IMG/VR virus record: IMGVR_UViG_3300046787_000316
Location: 64,001-128,000 of that record
DNA length: 64,000 bases
DNA from: a virus
Direction: 5' to 3' (one strand)
Part shown: one piece after another, positions 1-9,440 of the stretch
Layout of the letters: every line of letters starts with the position of its first letter
How positions within the stretch are numbered: the stretch's first letter is position 1
Translations under genes and position numbers: made by a program
Notes under the pieces: model-generated
What the model saw: only the letters and a program-made list of their open reading frames with translations
Databases searched by the model: none
Told to the model about the DNA's origin: nothing

Positions 1-450
1 GTATTCATCTTTAACATCTCTAATGTATGCTAATTTATTCAAAGATATTTTATAATCTTCGTAGTAAGGCCAAGTCCCATCGGCTCTTAATTGGGTTTCC
101 TCTTTTGCTAAGCAAGTGGCACATAATCCAGTCTTAGCTATCAATTTTTTATCAGCAGTACTATACTGAATTGTTTTACACTCTTCCGCTGAACAATTTG
201 TTATTTTTTGTAAAAATTGTCTAACCTCATCGAATTTAGTAGTGTTAATTTTGAAACCATCTTTTTGTTCCCACTCCTTTCCTTCTTTATCAGTCCAAAT
301 TTCACCTACTTCTCGTTTCTTTTCGGCTTCAACTTCGTATCCATGTACTCTTTGAGTATTATCCTCTCTACCAAATACAGTATCTATAATTAGTTTACGA
401 GATGCGTGCATCCCCTTTGATTTTTCTTCGAAACTTGTTCTTTTTGCCAT
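1..450 (-). CDS. Hypothetical phage protein with Cys motifs (partial, runs off window start)
   Basis: Manual translation from ATG at 450: MAKRTSFEEKSKGMHASRKLIIDTVFG...NCSAEECKT...GLCATCLAKEE..., open for 150 codons to position 1; absent from the ORF track because there is no stop in the window. Confidence 0.8.
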   Translation of the reverse strand, partial: MAKRTSFEEKSKGMHASRKLIIDTVFGREDNTQRVHGYEVEAEKKREVGEIWTDKEGKEWEQKDGFKINTTKFDEVRQFLQKITNCSAEECKTIQYSTADKKLIAKTGLCATCLAKEETQLRADGTWPYYEDYKISLNKLAYIRDVKDEY

Positions 451-496
451 ATTATTTTATTTTATAACCTTTGTATATATGTATATATATTATTTT

Positions 497-3400
497 TTAT
501 TCGTAAAAGATACCTAAAATTTGATTCAATGGTGCAAATGTGCCTGTTAATTTATAAGTGTTACCTTTGTAAACAAATACAATTCCCTCATTAGGAACTA
601 TCTTATCAATTCCACCAATAGATTGTAATCTTGCTAATTCCTTTTTCAATTTATCAATTTGAGCAGGATTTCCAGCCGTTCTAACTTGCGCTGAAACTGA
701 TTTTAATTTATCTTTCATTGAACGTACTGCCGTATCTGGGTTTGCTGTTAAAACTGAACCCATAAATGATAACACATCGGCTCCAACTCCTAAAAATATT
801 TCCTCAAATGGTCTAATATTATCTTTTTGTTGTTTTGCTACGTTTACTTTATCATTATCAACCGCCCATTTTTGCAATGTAGGGTCTGATATTGTATTTA
901 AACGGAAAGATTTATCATAGAATCCCCATCTTCTAATAAGAGCATCCTTTGTAAGTTTATCAACTTTTATTGGTGCTTTCTTATCAATGAAATTACCCCA
1001 CCACGCGGTATGGTATGCATCAACCCCATCACTATCTTTTAATCCAAATTCAGATTGTAATTTAGAAAGTCTTGAAAGGTATTGAGATTGTTTACTATCC
1101 AATACTTCGTTTTTAGGAAGTTCAGTTACCGGTGGCCCTTGAATTGTATATTTCGATTGAACGTGTCCATTGGTTTGTTTAATCATTCCAGCCAATATAG
1201 TTGCCGCACTTTGGTCAGCCCCAATTGCTACACCTTTTTCATCATAACAAGTTGTATTGTGGAATACTAATAATGGTTGTCCGTAAGGAATTACATTAAC
1301 AGATGTAGGCCATATTACTTCCAAATTCATAAAACATTGTCCTTCTTTGAATATTTTATCTTTTTGTGCTTTTGATAATCCACTAATAGCGGCAGTTAAA
1401 TCTTTCATAGCGTAGTTGTACGCATCTGTTAAACCACCTCTACCACCAAACTTAGCCGCAACATCCTCTATACCCATCGCATTTGCTCCTGCGTTTGCCA
1501 AATGTCCTTTATTACGAGCTGCAATTAATCTTCCGTTTTTCCAACTGATTGCCAATGCCTGTCCATCGGTTTTTTCTCTTGTCAATTCCAATTTACCAGT
1601 CAATGCTCCTTTTATGATATTTTTTAAATCACCAAAAGTTAAATCCATATCATCAAATGGATGCGACATGTGTCCGTATGCCCCACCTTCCAATAGTAAT
1701 CCTTCATTAACCATTTTAGGAGCTGATGATTTAAAATCACCCTTTCTCATTATGGTTTTTGCGATTACTTTATTTGCCGATTTAACAAATGGAATATTAA
1801 TATCACTTCTACTATCGGTAACAACAATCTCCTTATATTTGTTTATGAAATCAGTAAATTCCTTTTTATGTTTTGCTAATCTTTTAAAAAATCCAGTCAA
1901 TTCGGCATCTGATATTTCTTTGCCATTTCTCGGGTCATTTACTCTATCGAAAAAATGTTTAGTAAATTCAATATCTTCGGGTGACATTTGAGAATCGGCA
2001 TACTTTTCAATTTGATTCAAATTCGATTGAGCCATTTCAGCCAAACCCAATGCATCCGTATAATCGGTTACCTCTTCATAATCACTATATCGTAATTCTT
2101 TTGCAATTTTATCCCAAGATGAATTTGGATTCTTAGTAACAACAGCTGCTATCTTTTTTCTTGTAAAAGAACTAGCTCTATCATACATTTTTTTAATTGC
2201 TTTGTAATGCCAATCTTCGTTATGCACTTCGTTTGTGTTATTTTTTTCTTCTGCTCTTGGAATTCTGAATGTAGTTGCCTTTTTGCCATTAATCGTTGGC
2301 ATTCCGTGGTCATCTACACCAATATCTTTTACTGTAACTTTTTTGTTTTTAAACTTTCCCATCAATAAAGTATCACCTTTATCAACATCTAAGTTAATAT
2401 CTTCATTATAAATTTGTTTGTTAATTCTACCATATTCCCTCATTAGAATTCCTGCTACCGCATGGGCTTTGTTCTCAATATCAGAGCCATCTGCTCCATC
2501 TTTTTCAGAATCAGTAACTAACCCCATTTCATCTTGCTTTCTATGTACCATCTCATGTGCAATAGTTCTCAAAATATCAGCAGTCAATCTACCTTCGGTT
2601 GCAACATATATCTCTTTAGTTTCAGGACTATACCCACCTAATGATGTTTTAACTTCTGCAAATTCTCTTCCACCAACTAATGTTACTTTAGGAGTTTCTG
2701 CTAATTTCAAACGTTTAGTGGCATATTCTACAAAGTGCTGAATTGAATTTTGCTTAGTATCTGAAAGATTTTCATTAATACCTTGCATCAATTGCTGTGC
2801 ATCTTGTTGTGGTTTTTGTTTTTTATACGATTCAATGGATTCCAACATCTGTTCATCAGTCATTTGATATGTTTCCATTTTTTTCAATGCCGATTTAATA
2901 ACATTTGCTGATATTGTTTGGTAATCTTCCATACCATTGATTCCTTCTAATAATCCACCGGTTGCTGTTGATAAACCTGCGCCAACTCCAGCGGCAGAAC
3001 CGGCTCCCAATCCCATTGCTTCCAATGTAGCATGTTTACCAATATCTTTTAATAAGTGTAATCCAAATCCACCTACCCCATGAGTAAACGCACCAGCTGC
3101 ACCATGTAATGCGGCACCACCAGCGGAAGCAACCGCTTGTCCACCCATAATTGCCTTAGCCGCTGCTACTCCTGCGCCACCTAATGCCATTGAGCCCAAT
3201 AAAAGTCCAGTAGTTGTAGCGGCAGTTTTCATAGCCCCTATTTGTTTTTTACGAGTTTCATCGGAATATTCCCATTCACCCGTTTCTTTGTTTTTGGTTG
3301 AACCTATTTTTTGCCCATTTGCCAATGCTTTAACCGCATCAGCTGTTCCACCCCAAGCTTCTTTTTGGTGATGTGCCCAATGAATCACTCCCTTACCAAA

Positions 3401-4669
3401 TGCCTTGGTTGCATTTTTAATATTATTCCAAGCCCCTTTTCTTTCAGAAGATTGTGGGTTATTTGTAGAGTCTAAAGTTTTCTTATCATCATCCGATAAT
3501 TCACTCTTAGCTTTATCTAATTTTTGTTTAATTTCGGCATCCTTCTCATTACCTTTAGGCATTTCTGCTTTAGATTTTAATTCAGAACCACTTAGTTTTT
3601 GTGGATTTGGTAATTCAGGTTCGGATGGAGTTTCCCCATTACCTTTATCTGCTTTACCTTGAGCCGTTTGGTCTTTCTTAACGGGTTGACCGGGTGCAGC
3701 TGGCTTAGCCGCTTGAGTAGCTGCTTTACCTTTTTGTGCATTTGGTTCGTTAGCAGGCGCATCATCCGGTCCTACCATTTTTTTAGCCTGAATATGAGCA
3801 GGATGTTCTTTTGCTAAACGTAATGCTCCTCTAACTGTAATCTTTTTCTTCTTACCATCGGATGCCGTATAATCAAATTCCTTATCCATTATAGGATTAC
3901 CACCATCAGCTTCTGTAAAATAATTTTTAACGAATTGTTCAAATATATCTTCAGCGATAGCTCTATCCATTATCTCTCCAATCGGGTCGTATGGTGCTTT
4001 ATTTCCATCAAATGCCTTTTTCTCATCATCTGGATGTTCCGTTTCATGTCGTGTTGGATGTGGCTCAGGTCTTAACGCAGAAGATGGTTCTGTATTTATA
4101 GATTCATTTAATTTACCTGTTATCATATTGAATATATCTTTATCAAATTTTGGATATGCTTTTAAAAATCCTTTCTTTTTTGCTTCATCATCCCCATTAC
4201 CTAACCAACTACGAACATCAGTTCCGCTAATTGCGTTGGTTTCAGCGGGCACTGGATACACATAACCTATTTCACCATACCCATATCCCGTCTTACCATT
4301 ATATGGTTTAAAATACTTCCCAGCCAATCTATCAGCATCTTTTTGTCCAACGGCTGCAATGTATGCCGTAGTTTTATCATCAAATTTACTTAAAATTTCT
4401 TTTGGAGCGTATGGGTTACTAACATTTACTATTTTGTTTGAAGGTATCCCAAACATCTTAGTCATAATTTTTACCTTTTCATTGAAATTGAATGGTGATT
4501 TATCATTATTTGTTACATTTGATGTACCAATATACACATTGTTAGCACCAAATTTTGATGCCAATTTTTGGTATGTTTTATAATGCCCTTGATGGAAGGG
4601 TTGAAATCGACCAGCATATACTACTATGGTCTTTTTAACTTGCGGTTTGTCTGCTTCTTTCAAATTCAT
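497..4669 (-). CDS. Multidomain polyprotein: HxGH nucleotidyltransferase + Gly/Ala hydrophobic segment + HExxH metallopeptidase + small domains + C-terminal KxDG ligase-like (DUF6267-like) domain
   Basis: YAGRFQPFHQGH at N-terminus; IAHEMVH; DIEFTKHFFDRVNDPRN; GGAYGHMSHPF...TREKTDGQAL. Confidence 0.75.
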   Translation of the reverse strand: MNLKEADKPQVKKTIVVYAGRFQPFHQGHYKTYQKLASKFGANNVYIGTSNVTNNDKSPFNFNEKVKIMTKMFGIPSNKIVNVSNPYAPKEILSKFDDKTTAYIAAVGQKDADRLAGKYFKPYNGKTGYGYGEIGYVYPVPAETNAISGTDVRSWLGNGDDEAKKKGFLKAYPKFDKDIFNMITGKLNESINTEPSSALRPEPHPTRHETEHPDDEKKAFDGNKAPYDPIGEIMDRAIAEDIFEQFVKNYFTEADGGNPIMDKEFDYTASDGKKKKITVRGALRLAKEHPAHIQAKKMVGPDDAPANEPNAQKGKAATQAAKPAAPGQPVKKDQTAQGKADKGNGETPSEPELPNPQKLSGSELKSKAEMPKGNEKDAEIKQKLDKAKSELSDDDKKTLDSTNNPQSSERKGAWNNIKNATKAFGKGVIHWAHHQKEAWGGTADAVKALANGQKIGSTKNKETGEWEYSDETRKKQIGAMKTAATTTGLLLGSMALGGAGVAAAKAIMGGQAVASAGGAALHGAAGAFTHGVGGFGLHLLKDIGKHATLEAMGLGAGSAAGVGAGLSTATGGLLEGINGMEDYQTISANVIKSALKKMETYQMTDEQMLESIESYKKQKPQQDAQQLMQGINENLSDTKQNSIQHFVEYATKRLKLAETPKVTLVGGREFAEVKTSLGGYSPETKEIYVATEGRLTADILRTIAHEMVHRKQDEMGLVTDSEKDGADGSDIENKAHAVAGILMREYGRINKQIYNEDINLDVDKGDTLLMGKFKNKKVTVKDIGVDDHGMPTINGKKATTFRIPRAEEKNNTNEVHNEDWHYKAIKKMYDRASSFTRKKIAAVVTKNPNSSWDKIAKELRYSDYEEVTDYTDALGLAEMAQSNLNQIEKYADSQMSPEDIEFTKHFFDRVNDPRNGKEISDAELTGFFKRLAKHKKEFTDFINKYKEIVVTDSRSDINIPFVKSANKVIAKTIMRKGDFKSSAPKMVNEGLLLEGGAYGHMSHPFDDMDLTFGDLKNIIKGALTGKLELTREKTDGQALAISWKNGRLIAARNKGHLANAGANAMGIEDVAAKFGGRGGLTDAYNYAMKDLTAAISGLSKAQKDKIFKEGQCFMNLEVIWPTSVNVIPYGQPLLVFHNTTCYDEKGVAIGADQSAATILAGMIKQTNGHVQSKYTIQGPPVTELPKNEVLDSKQSQYLSRLSKLQSEFGLKDSDGVDAYHTAWWGNFIDKKAPIKVDKLTKDALIRRWGFYDKSFRLNTISDPTLQKWAVDNDKVNVAKQQKDNIRPFEEIFLGVGADVLSFMGSVLTANPDTAVRSMKDKLKSVSAQVRTAGNPAQIDKLKKELARLQSIGGIDKIVPNEGIVFVYKGNTYKLTGTFAPLNQILGIFYE

Positions 4670-4673
4670 ACAT

Positions 4674-4681
4674 ATAAATAT
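4674..4681 (-). promoter_or_regulatory. Putative phage late-promoter motif ATATTTAT
   Basis: Coding-strand ATATTTAT 4 nt upstream of the 4669 start; the same motif recurs before six other minus-strand genes and the plus-strand gene. Confidence 0.5.
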
Positions 4682-4683
4682 CT

Positions 4684-5679
4684 CTATAATAGACTTTGGT
4701 AAATATTTTTTTGAAAACTATACTTCTTTCCTATTATTTTTTCTAAATTGACTATAAAATGGGGTTCTAATTTATTTAATTTATAGTATATCATATTTTT
4801 GAATACGTTTAAATTTCTACCACCAAGTAAATGTAGGTATCCTTCAAAATTATAATCTATTAGCTCCTTCATTTCTTTTGGAGCTGCTGTTTCTAAATTA
4901 TCTGTATAAAAACGATATTCTCTATCTCTAACTATTATCTTTGTAAATCCATTAGTTTCCCAAAAATCTATCATATTCTCATTTGAACAAAATAAAACTT
5001 CTAAATCCAAATTCACATTACGTTTCAGTAAAGAACCAACAATTAAAACCTGTTCCATTACTGCGCCAGGGGTTGTTGAGTTTGGAAATGATTTTACTAT
5101 TTTTTTATTTTCTTTTATAAATTCAAATATTTCGCTATAACCATCCGATAATGCTTTCCAATCATTACCACCAACCACATTACAATTATATGCCAATAAT
5201 GGTCTTGATTCTTTTATAAAATCATAATCATAATTTTCATTTAAAAATGAAAAAAAGTTTAAATAGGTACGTTGCCAGTTAATAACATCATCCATTGGAC
5301 TTTGCTCATTGATACGTTCTTTAAATCCAAATAAAAATGGAGAATTGAATCGTTCAAAATCAAAATCTTCAAAAAAGATAGTATCATAATCTATCTGAAT
5401 GAATGGTTCGGTTTGTATTGAGTTTGTATAGATTTTACTAATAGCAAAAAATGTATTATCATCAATAAACTCTTTGAGTTCATTTTCAATGTTTTCGTAA
5501 AAATCCAATTCAATAGAATATTTCTTCAATAATTCTATAAATTCAGTAGTTGAGTATATACCAACCGTATATCCCAATTTTCTAAGAATTGTTGATGAAT
5601 ATTTAATACAAATTGCATCAAAAAATGTATATTCCGAATCAATACCCTTTAACGGAATATATGAATAAAATATTTTCAT
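4684..5679 (-). CDS. DUF6734-like putative GT-A glycosyltransferase
   Basis: KIYTNSIQTEPFIQIDYDTIF (DxD), YNCNVVGGND, VMEQVLI; terminal gene of the sugar cluster. Confidence 0.55.
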   Translation of the reverse strand: MKIFYSYIPLKGIDSEYTFFDAICIKYSSTILRKLGYTVGIYSTTEFIELLKKYSIELDFYENIENELKEFIDDNTFFAISKIYTNSIQTEPFIQIDYDTIFFEDFDFERFNSPFLFGFKERINEQSPMDDVINWQRTYLNFFSFLNENYDYDFIKESRPLLAYNCNVVGGNDWKALSDGYSEIFEFIKENKKIVKSFPNSTTPGAVMEQVLIVGSLLKRNVNLDLEVLFCSNENMIDFWETNGFTKIIVRDREYRFYTDNLETAAPKEMKELIDYNFEGYLHLLGGRNLNVFKNMIYYKLNKLEPHFIVNLEKIIGKKYSFQKNIYQSLL

Positions 5680-5798
5680 TAAAAGTTTTTATATACGAAC
5701 GGGTCTCTTTTTTTAAGTTCCTCTAATTTCTTTTTAATTCGTTTTTTCATTTTATAGGCATCATACCATTTTATGAAAAGTTTAATTGGATTTATCAT
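5679..5798 (-). CDS. 39-aa basic small protein
   Basis: MINPIKLFIKWYDAYKMKKRIKKKLEELKKRDPFVYKNF; fills the gap exactly, with ATGA and TAATG start/stop overlaps on both sides. Confidence 0.75.
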   Translation of the reverse strand: MINPIKLFIKWYDAYKMKKRIKKKLEELKKRDPFVYKNF

Positions 5799-7234
5799 AA
5801 TATTGATTTTGTTAATTTTGGTATTAGATTATCTTTATCTGTTAATTTTAAAAAATGATAATGGTCTAATGATATTTTTTTACTACCAATATCGTACATC
5901 AATGCTTTGTTGTGTAAAATATTTGGTAACATCTTAGTAACCATTTGTTTTAATTCATCTATACTATAACTATTTAATCTGGTAATTTCATCGAAAATCA
6001 TTTGCAATCTCTTAGTTGGATTTGGCTCTGAATCATATCTCTCATCTATTAATGGATGAAACGTTTTAAATCCAAACTCATTTTTTAAGAATTTTAAAGA
6101 ATTAGCCGGTCCAATTAGTATAAATGGATGCCCATGTACAATTGGTTTCCATATTTTCTCCGAAAGATATCCACTTTCCTCATAAAATAATGTTTCCGAT
6201 ACTATTGATATCAATGAATTCAAATATAGTTCTTTATTTTCAAATCCATACCCCCACACATTTCCAATATCGGCATAATCTACTATCTTTGGCGAAGTAG
6301 ATTGAATATATTTTATAAATTCGGTATATTCGTTCTTTTCCAATTTCATAGATAAATCAGCAAGAGCAGGTGGTGTCATCAATTCATAATCATAACTAAC
6401 TAAGTTATCTTCTAACATATTCTGCTTCCATAGATAATATAATACTTCCAATCTATGTACTCTAATACGTCTATTTAAGTTATTAAATTTATATTTCTTA
6501 TTACTAAAGTCCGATACCTCATCTTCTAATAGAAAATTGTAAGATGTTTGCTTATGGTCATCTTTCCAAAAATGATAATCATCTTTATTCAATTTTTTAA
6601 AATATTCCTCTGCCTTTGAATTCAATGACCAACAGAAATGAATCAACTTTGGCATATTATCACCAAATATTGGCTTCATCATACTTTCTAAATTGAAATC
6701 GTTGTGGCAAATGATTATCTTATTAAATGGAATGTTTAAATCCAATAAACATTTATATAATTTGATTAGTTGGTATTTACTTATATTACCATCTATAACG
6801 TAATTTATAGTAAGAGTTCCACCCCAATCTCTAATTTCTTCCAAAGTTTTCGATGGAATTAATTTACTGAATGGTATATTGTTAGAAAATCTGTCTAAAC
6901 CTAAGAAGTTTGCAATATCCCCATAAGGTTCTATTAGATAATACCATTCGTAATAATTACCACGTTCTCTATCACGTATTACACTATGTACAGAACGAGT
7001 TTCTATTCCAAAATACCCAGGGTTTCCCATTTCATCATTTAATTGAACATTGAATCTTGCATTGAATACCGGCCATACCGATTTTAATTTATCAGTAAAG
7101 AAGTGTTCGGATGAATCAAAATGCCAATCAGTTTGATATGCGAATTCTAAAAATTTAGGATTAAGACAATTGGGAACTTCGTTATATGGAAATAACACAT
7201 CGTATGCAACTATTATCTTTTCAGTATTATTCAT
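5795..7234 (-). CDS. Putative glycosyltransferase, GT10/fucosyltransferase-like C-terminal region
   Basis: LNRRIRVHR, ISIVSETLFYEESGYLSEKIWKPIVHGHPFI, GFKTF; paralogue of 13142..14461. Confidence 0.45.
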   Translation of the reverse strand: MNNTEKIIVAYDVLFPYNEVPNCLNPKFLEFAYQTDWHFDSSEHFFTDKLKSVWPVFNARFNVQLNDEMGNPGYFGIETRSVHSVIRDRERGNYYEWYYLIEPYGDIANFLGLDRFSNNIPFSKLIPSKTLEEIRDWGGTLTINYVIDGNISKYQLIKLYKCLLDLNIPFNKIIICHNDFNLESMMKPIFGDNMPKLIHFCWSLNSKAEEYFKKLNKDDYHFWKDDHKQTSYNFLLEDEVSDFSNKKYKFNNLNRRIRVHRLEVLYYLWKQNMLEDNLVSYDYELMTPPALADLSMKLEKNEYTEFIKYIQSTSPKIVDYADIGNVWGYGFENKELYLNSLISIVSETLFYEESGYLSEKIWKPIVHGHPFILIGPANSLKFLKNEFGFKTFHPLIDERYDSEPNPTKRLQMIFDEITRLNSYSIDELKQMVTKMLPNILHNKALMYDIGSKKISLDHYHFLKLTDKDNLIPKLTKSIL

Positions 7235-7853
7235 TTATTGTAATCTTCAATGCGTAGAATTTAGAATCTCTAATCCATCCAAATCGGTCACACGCTATGA
7301 GTTCTATATTGTATTCATCACCTGCTACATTCTTTACATCATCGGGAGTAATTCCACCTAAGTTTCCTATGAGAATTATAACTCCATCTTTTTTCAAATA
7401 CTTACTTGCATTTTCAAAGAATTCTTGGTGTAAATACATATCCTCATCCAAAGACATCAATTCTTCTTGTATACTTGGATATCCACCAACCCTTGGAGAA
7501 GCGTAATGTGGTGGATTTATTATAATCGTATCAAATTTCATATTGGGCAAATTACTAAACCCATCGGATTGAATAAATTGCGTATTAGTCAATTCATTAT
7601 GTGATATTGTTTTTTCAATAAATGATGCGTTTTGACCATTTATATCAACCAAAACCAATTCATCAGCCATTCCTTTAAAATTGAGATAAAATCCCATAAA
7701 TCCTGGACCGGAACACATTTCTAATATAGTACCCTTTTTAATTGATTCAGCAACAACTTCATGTTTCAATGAATTTATACCAAAAGTAGTTCCACCGCCA
7801 TCGAATTCTATATCATAAAAAATCTTCTTACCTTCTATTGTAAATTGCTTCAT
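7227..7853 (-). CDS. Class I SAM methyltransferase (HemK/RsmC-like, NPPH motif)
   Basis: LEMCSGPGFMG (motif I), LVDIN, SDGF, IIINPPHY (motif IV). Confidence 0.8.
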   Translation of the reverse strand: MKQFTIEGKKIFYDIEFDGGGTTFGINSLKHEVVAESIKKGTILEMCSGPGFMGFYLNFKGMADELVLVDINGQNASFIEKTISHNELTNTQFIQSDGFSNLPNMKFDTIIINPPHYASPRVGGYPSIQEELMSLDEDMYLHQEFFENASKYLKKDGVIILIGNLGGITPDDVKNVAGDEYNIELIACDRFGWIRDSKFYALKITINE

Positions 7854-7856
7854 ATC

Positions 7857-8396
7857 TTAAACGTAATATAATTCAGGGTATTCAACTATGCAATGGATAC
7901 CACCATTACTATATGCGTTTGAATAAATTGTTTCAATATCTTTCCACTCCTTCAAATCATAAAATTCAATATTCTTACACAATGATTTGAATTCATTAAA
8001 ATAATTTCCTTTATGTTGATGGCCGGGGTCAAGCGGAGTATCCGAACCTTTTCCCAATCTGATTATAATATTTACCGTATTACCAGTCATCAATTCATAT
8101 TTATCCAAATGATTTACCAACTGATTTGTTGCTGATATTAGGAAATCCCATCGTGGGTAAAATGTAATAACTGTCTTGCCAGTCATAGCCATTCCCAAAC
8201 TCATTCCCATTTGAGTTTCCTCCATAACAGGTACCTCAATCATCTTCTCCTTTGGGACTTCTCCCAAAGTTGTACTCATTGGATTACCAGCGTAGATAAT
8301 TTGCTGTCCAATAAAAATTGTATCATCTTTACTAGCCAAATTAGTCATAGCATTGGTTAATGCATCCTTATATGGTGAATATTGTGGTGTACTCAT
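7857..8396 (-). CDS. TPP-dependent enzyme, E1-beta/transketolase pyrimidine-binding domain only
   Basis: IFIGQQI, IEVPVMEETQMGMSLGMAMTG, DFLISATNQLVN, GHQH; 179 aa, no C-terminal domain. Confidence 0.8.
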   Translation of the reverse strand: MSTPQYSPYKDALTNAMTNLASKDDTIFIGQQIIYAGNPMSTTLGEVPKEKMIEVPVMEETQMGMSLGMAMTGKTVITFYPRWDFLISATNQLVNHLDKYELMTGNTVNIIIRLGKGSDTPLDPGHQHKGNYFNEFKSLCKNIEFYDLKEWKDIETIYSNAYSNGGIHCIVEYPELYYV

Positions 8397-9388
8397 TATG
8401 GTCTTGAGTTTGGATTATATAAATGTTTATTAGCCTTATACCACTCTATGGTTTCTTTAAGAGCTTCTTTTAAATTTCTTTTTGGTTTCCAACCTAAATC
8501 ATTAATCTTTTTGGATGATAGTAATCTGATAGGAATCATTGGTGCTTTATTGTTCACATATTCGATTGGATTCGTATTACCATCCAATTCCTTAATCGTA
8601 TTCAACGTTTCGTTTACTGTGAATCCTTCTCCGTAACAAACATTAAAGATATCGTATGTATCACAATTTTCTGCTACGAAAATAAAACCATCTGCCATAT
8701 CTTCAACATGTAGTAAATCTCTCACTTCTGTTCCATCTCCCCAAACAGGTATTGGATTTAACCCATCGGCTACTTTACGAATATTCGCAGGTGTAACGTG
8801 GCACTTTTCAAAATCAAACTTATCATTTGGTCCAAATGCGTTTGAAGGTCTAACAATCAAACATTGCATTGGTTCGTGAATCTGATTAGAAAAGAAATCA
8901 CATAACATCTCACCATATCTCTTCATACCACCAACTGCTTTATAAACCGGCAACAATGGAGTTGCATGAACGTTAATATCTTCAACACAAAATTCAGTTC
9001 CCATATCTGGGTATGTTGTATTTGATGATATAAATAAAAATTTACGAACTTTGTTTTTCCAACTTTGTTCCATTAAATTAGTATTCATCTCTACGTTTGG
9101 AGTAACGTGTAATAATGGATTAAATTTGGTATCCAATGCGTTTGAAGTGTTTGCTGCGCAATGGAATACTACATCCACATCTTTTGTAATTTTTTCACAA
9201 AACTCTGCATTTTGTAAATTTCCTACAATGTGTTCTACATTTTCAGTTCCTTCAAAATCGTTTCTTAAACCTCTACTAAATGAAGTTGAACGTAGATTTG
9301 TATATCCTTTTTGATGTAACAATCTTAAAAGATGTGAACCAATGAATCCACTTGCTCCCGTAACTAAAATCTTATCTGTCTTTTTCAT
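8396..9388 (-). CDS. NAD(P)-dependent epimerase/reductase, GDP-L-fucose synthase-like extended SDR
   Basis: VTGASGFIG, VRPSNAFGPNDKF, HVTPANIRK, VWGDGTEVRDLLHVED; YxxxK reads VGGMK. Confidence 0.85.
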   Translation of the reverse strand: MKKTDKILVTGASGFIGSHLLRLLHQKGYTNLRSTSFSRGLRNDFEGTENVEHIVGNLQNAEFCEKITKDVDVVFHCAANTSNALDTKFNPLLHVTPNVEMNTNLMEQSWKNKVRKFLFISSNTTYPDMGTEFCVEDINVHATPLLPVYKAVGGMKRYGEMLCDFFSNQIHEPMQCLIVRPSNAFGPNDKFDFEKCHVTPANIRKVADGLNPIPVWGDGTEVRDLLHVEDMADGFIFVAENCDTYDIFNVCYGEGFTVNETLNTIKELDGNTNPIEYVNNKAPMIPIRLLSSKKINDLGWKPKRNLKEALKETIEWYKANKHLYNPNSRP

Positions 9389-9408
9389 ATTTAATTATTT
9401 GTAATCAA

Positions 9409-9440
9409 TAAAGATACAACATTTTTTTGTAATTAACAAA
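9409..9440 (-). promoter_or_regulatory. Bacteroidota sigma70-type promoter
   Basis: Coding strand TTTG-N20-TATCTTTA upstream of the 9388 start. Confidence 0.7.
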
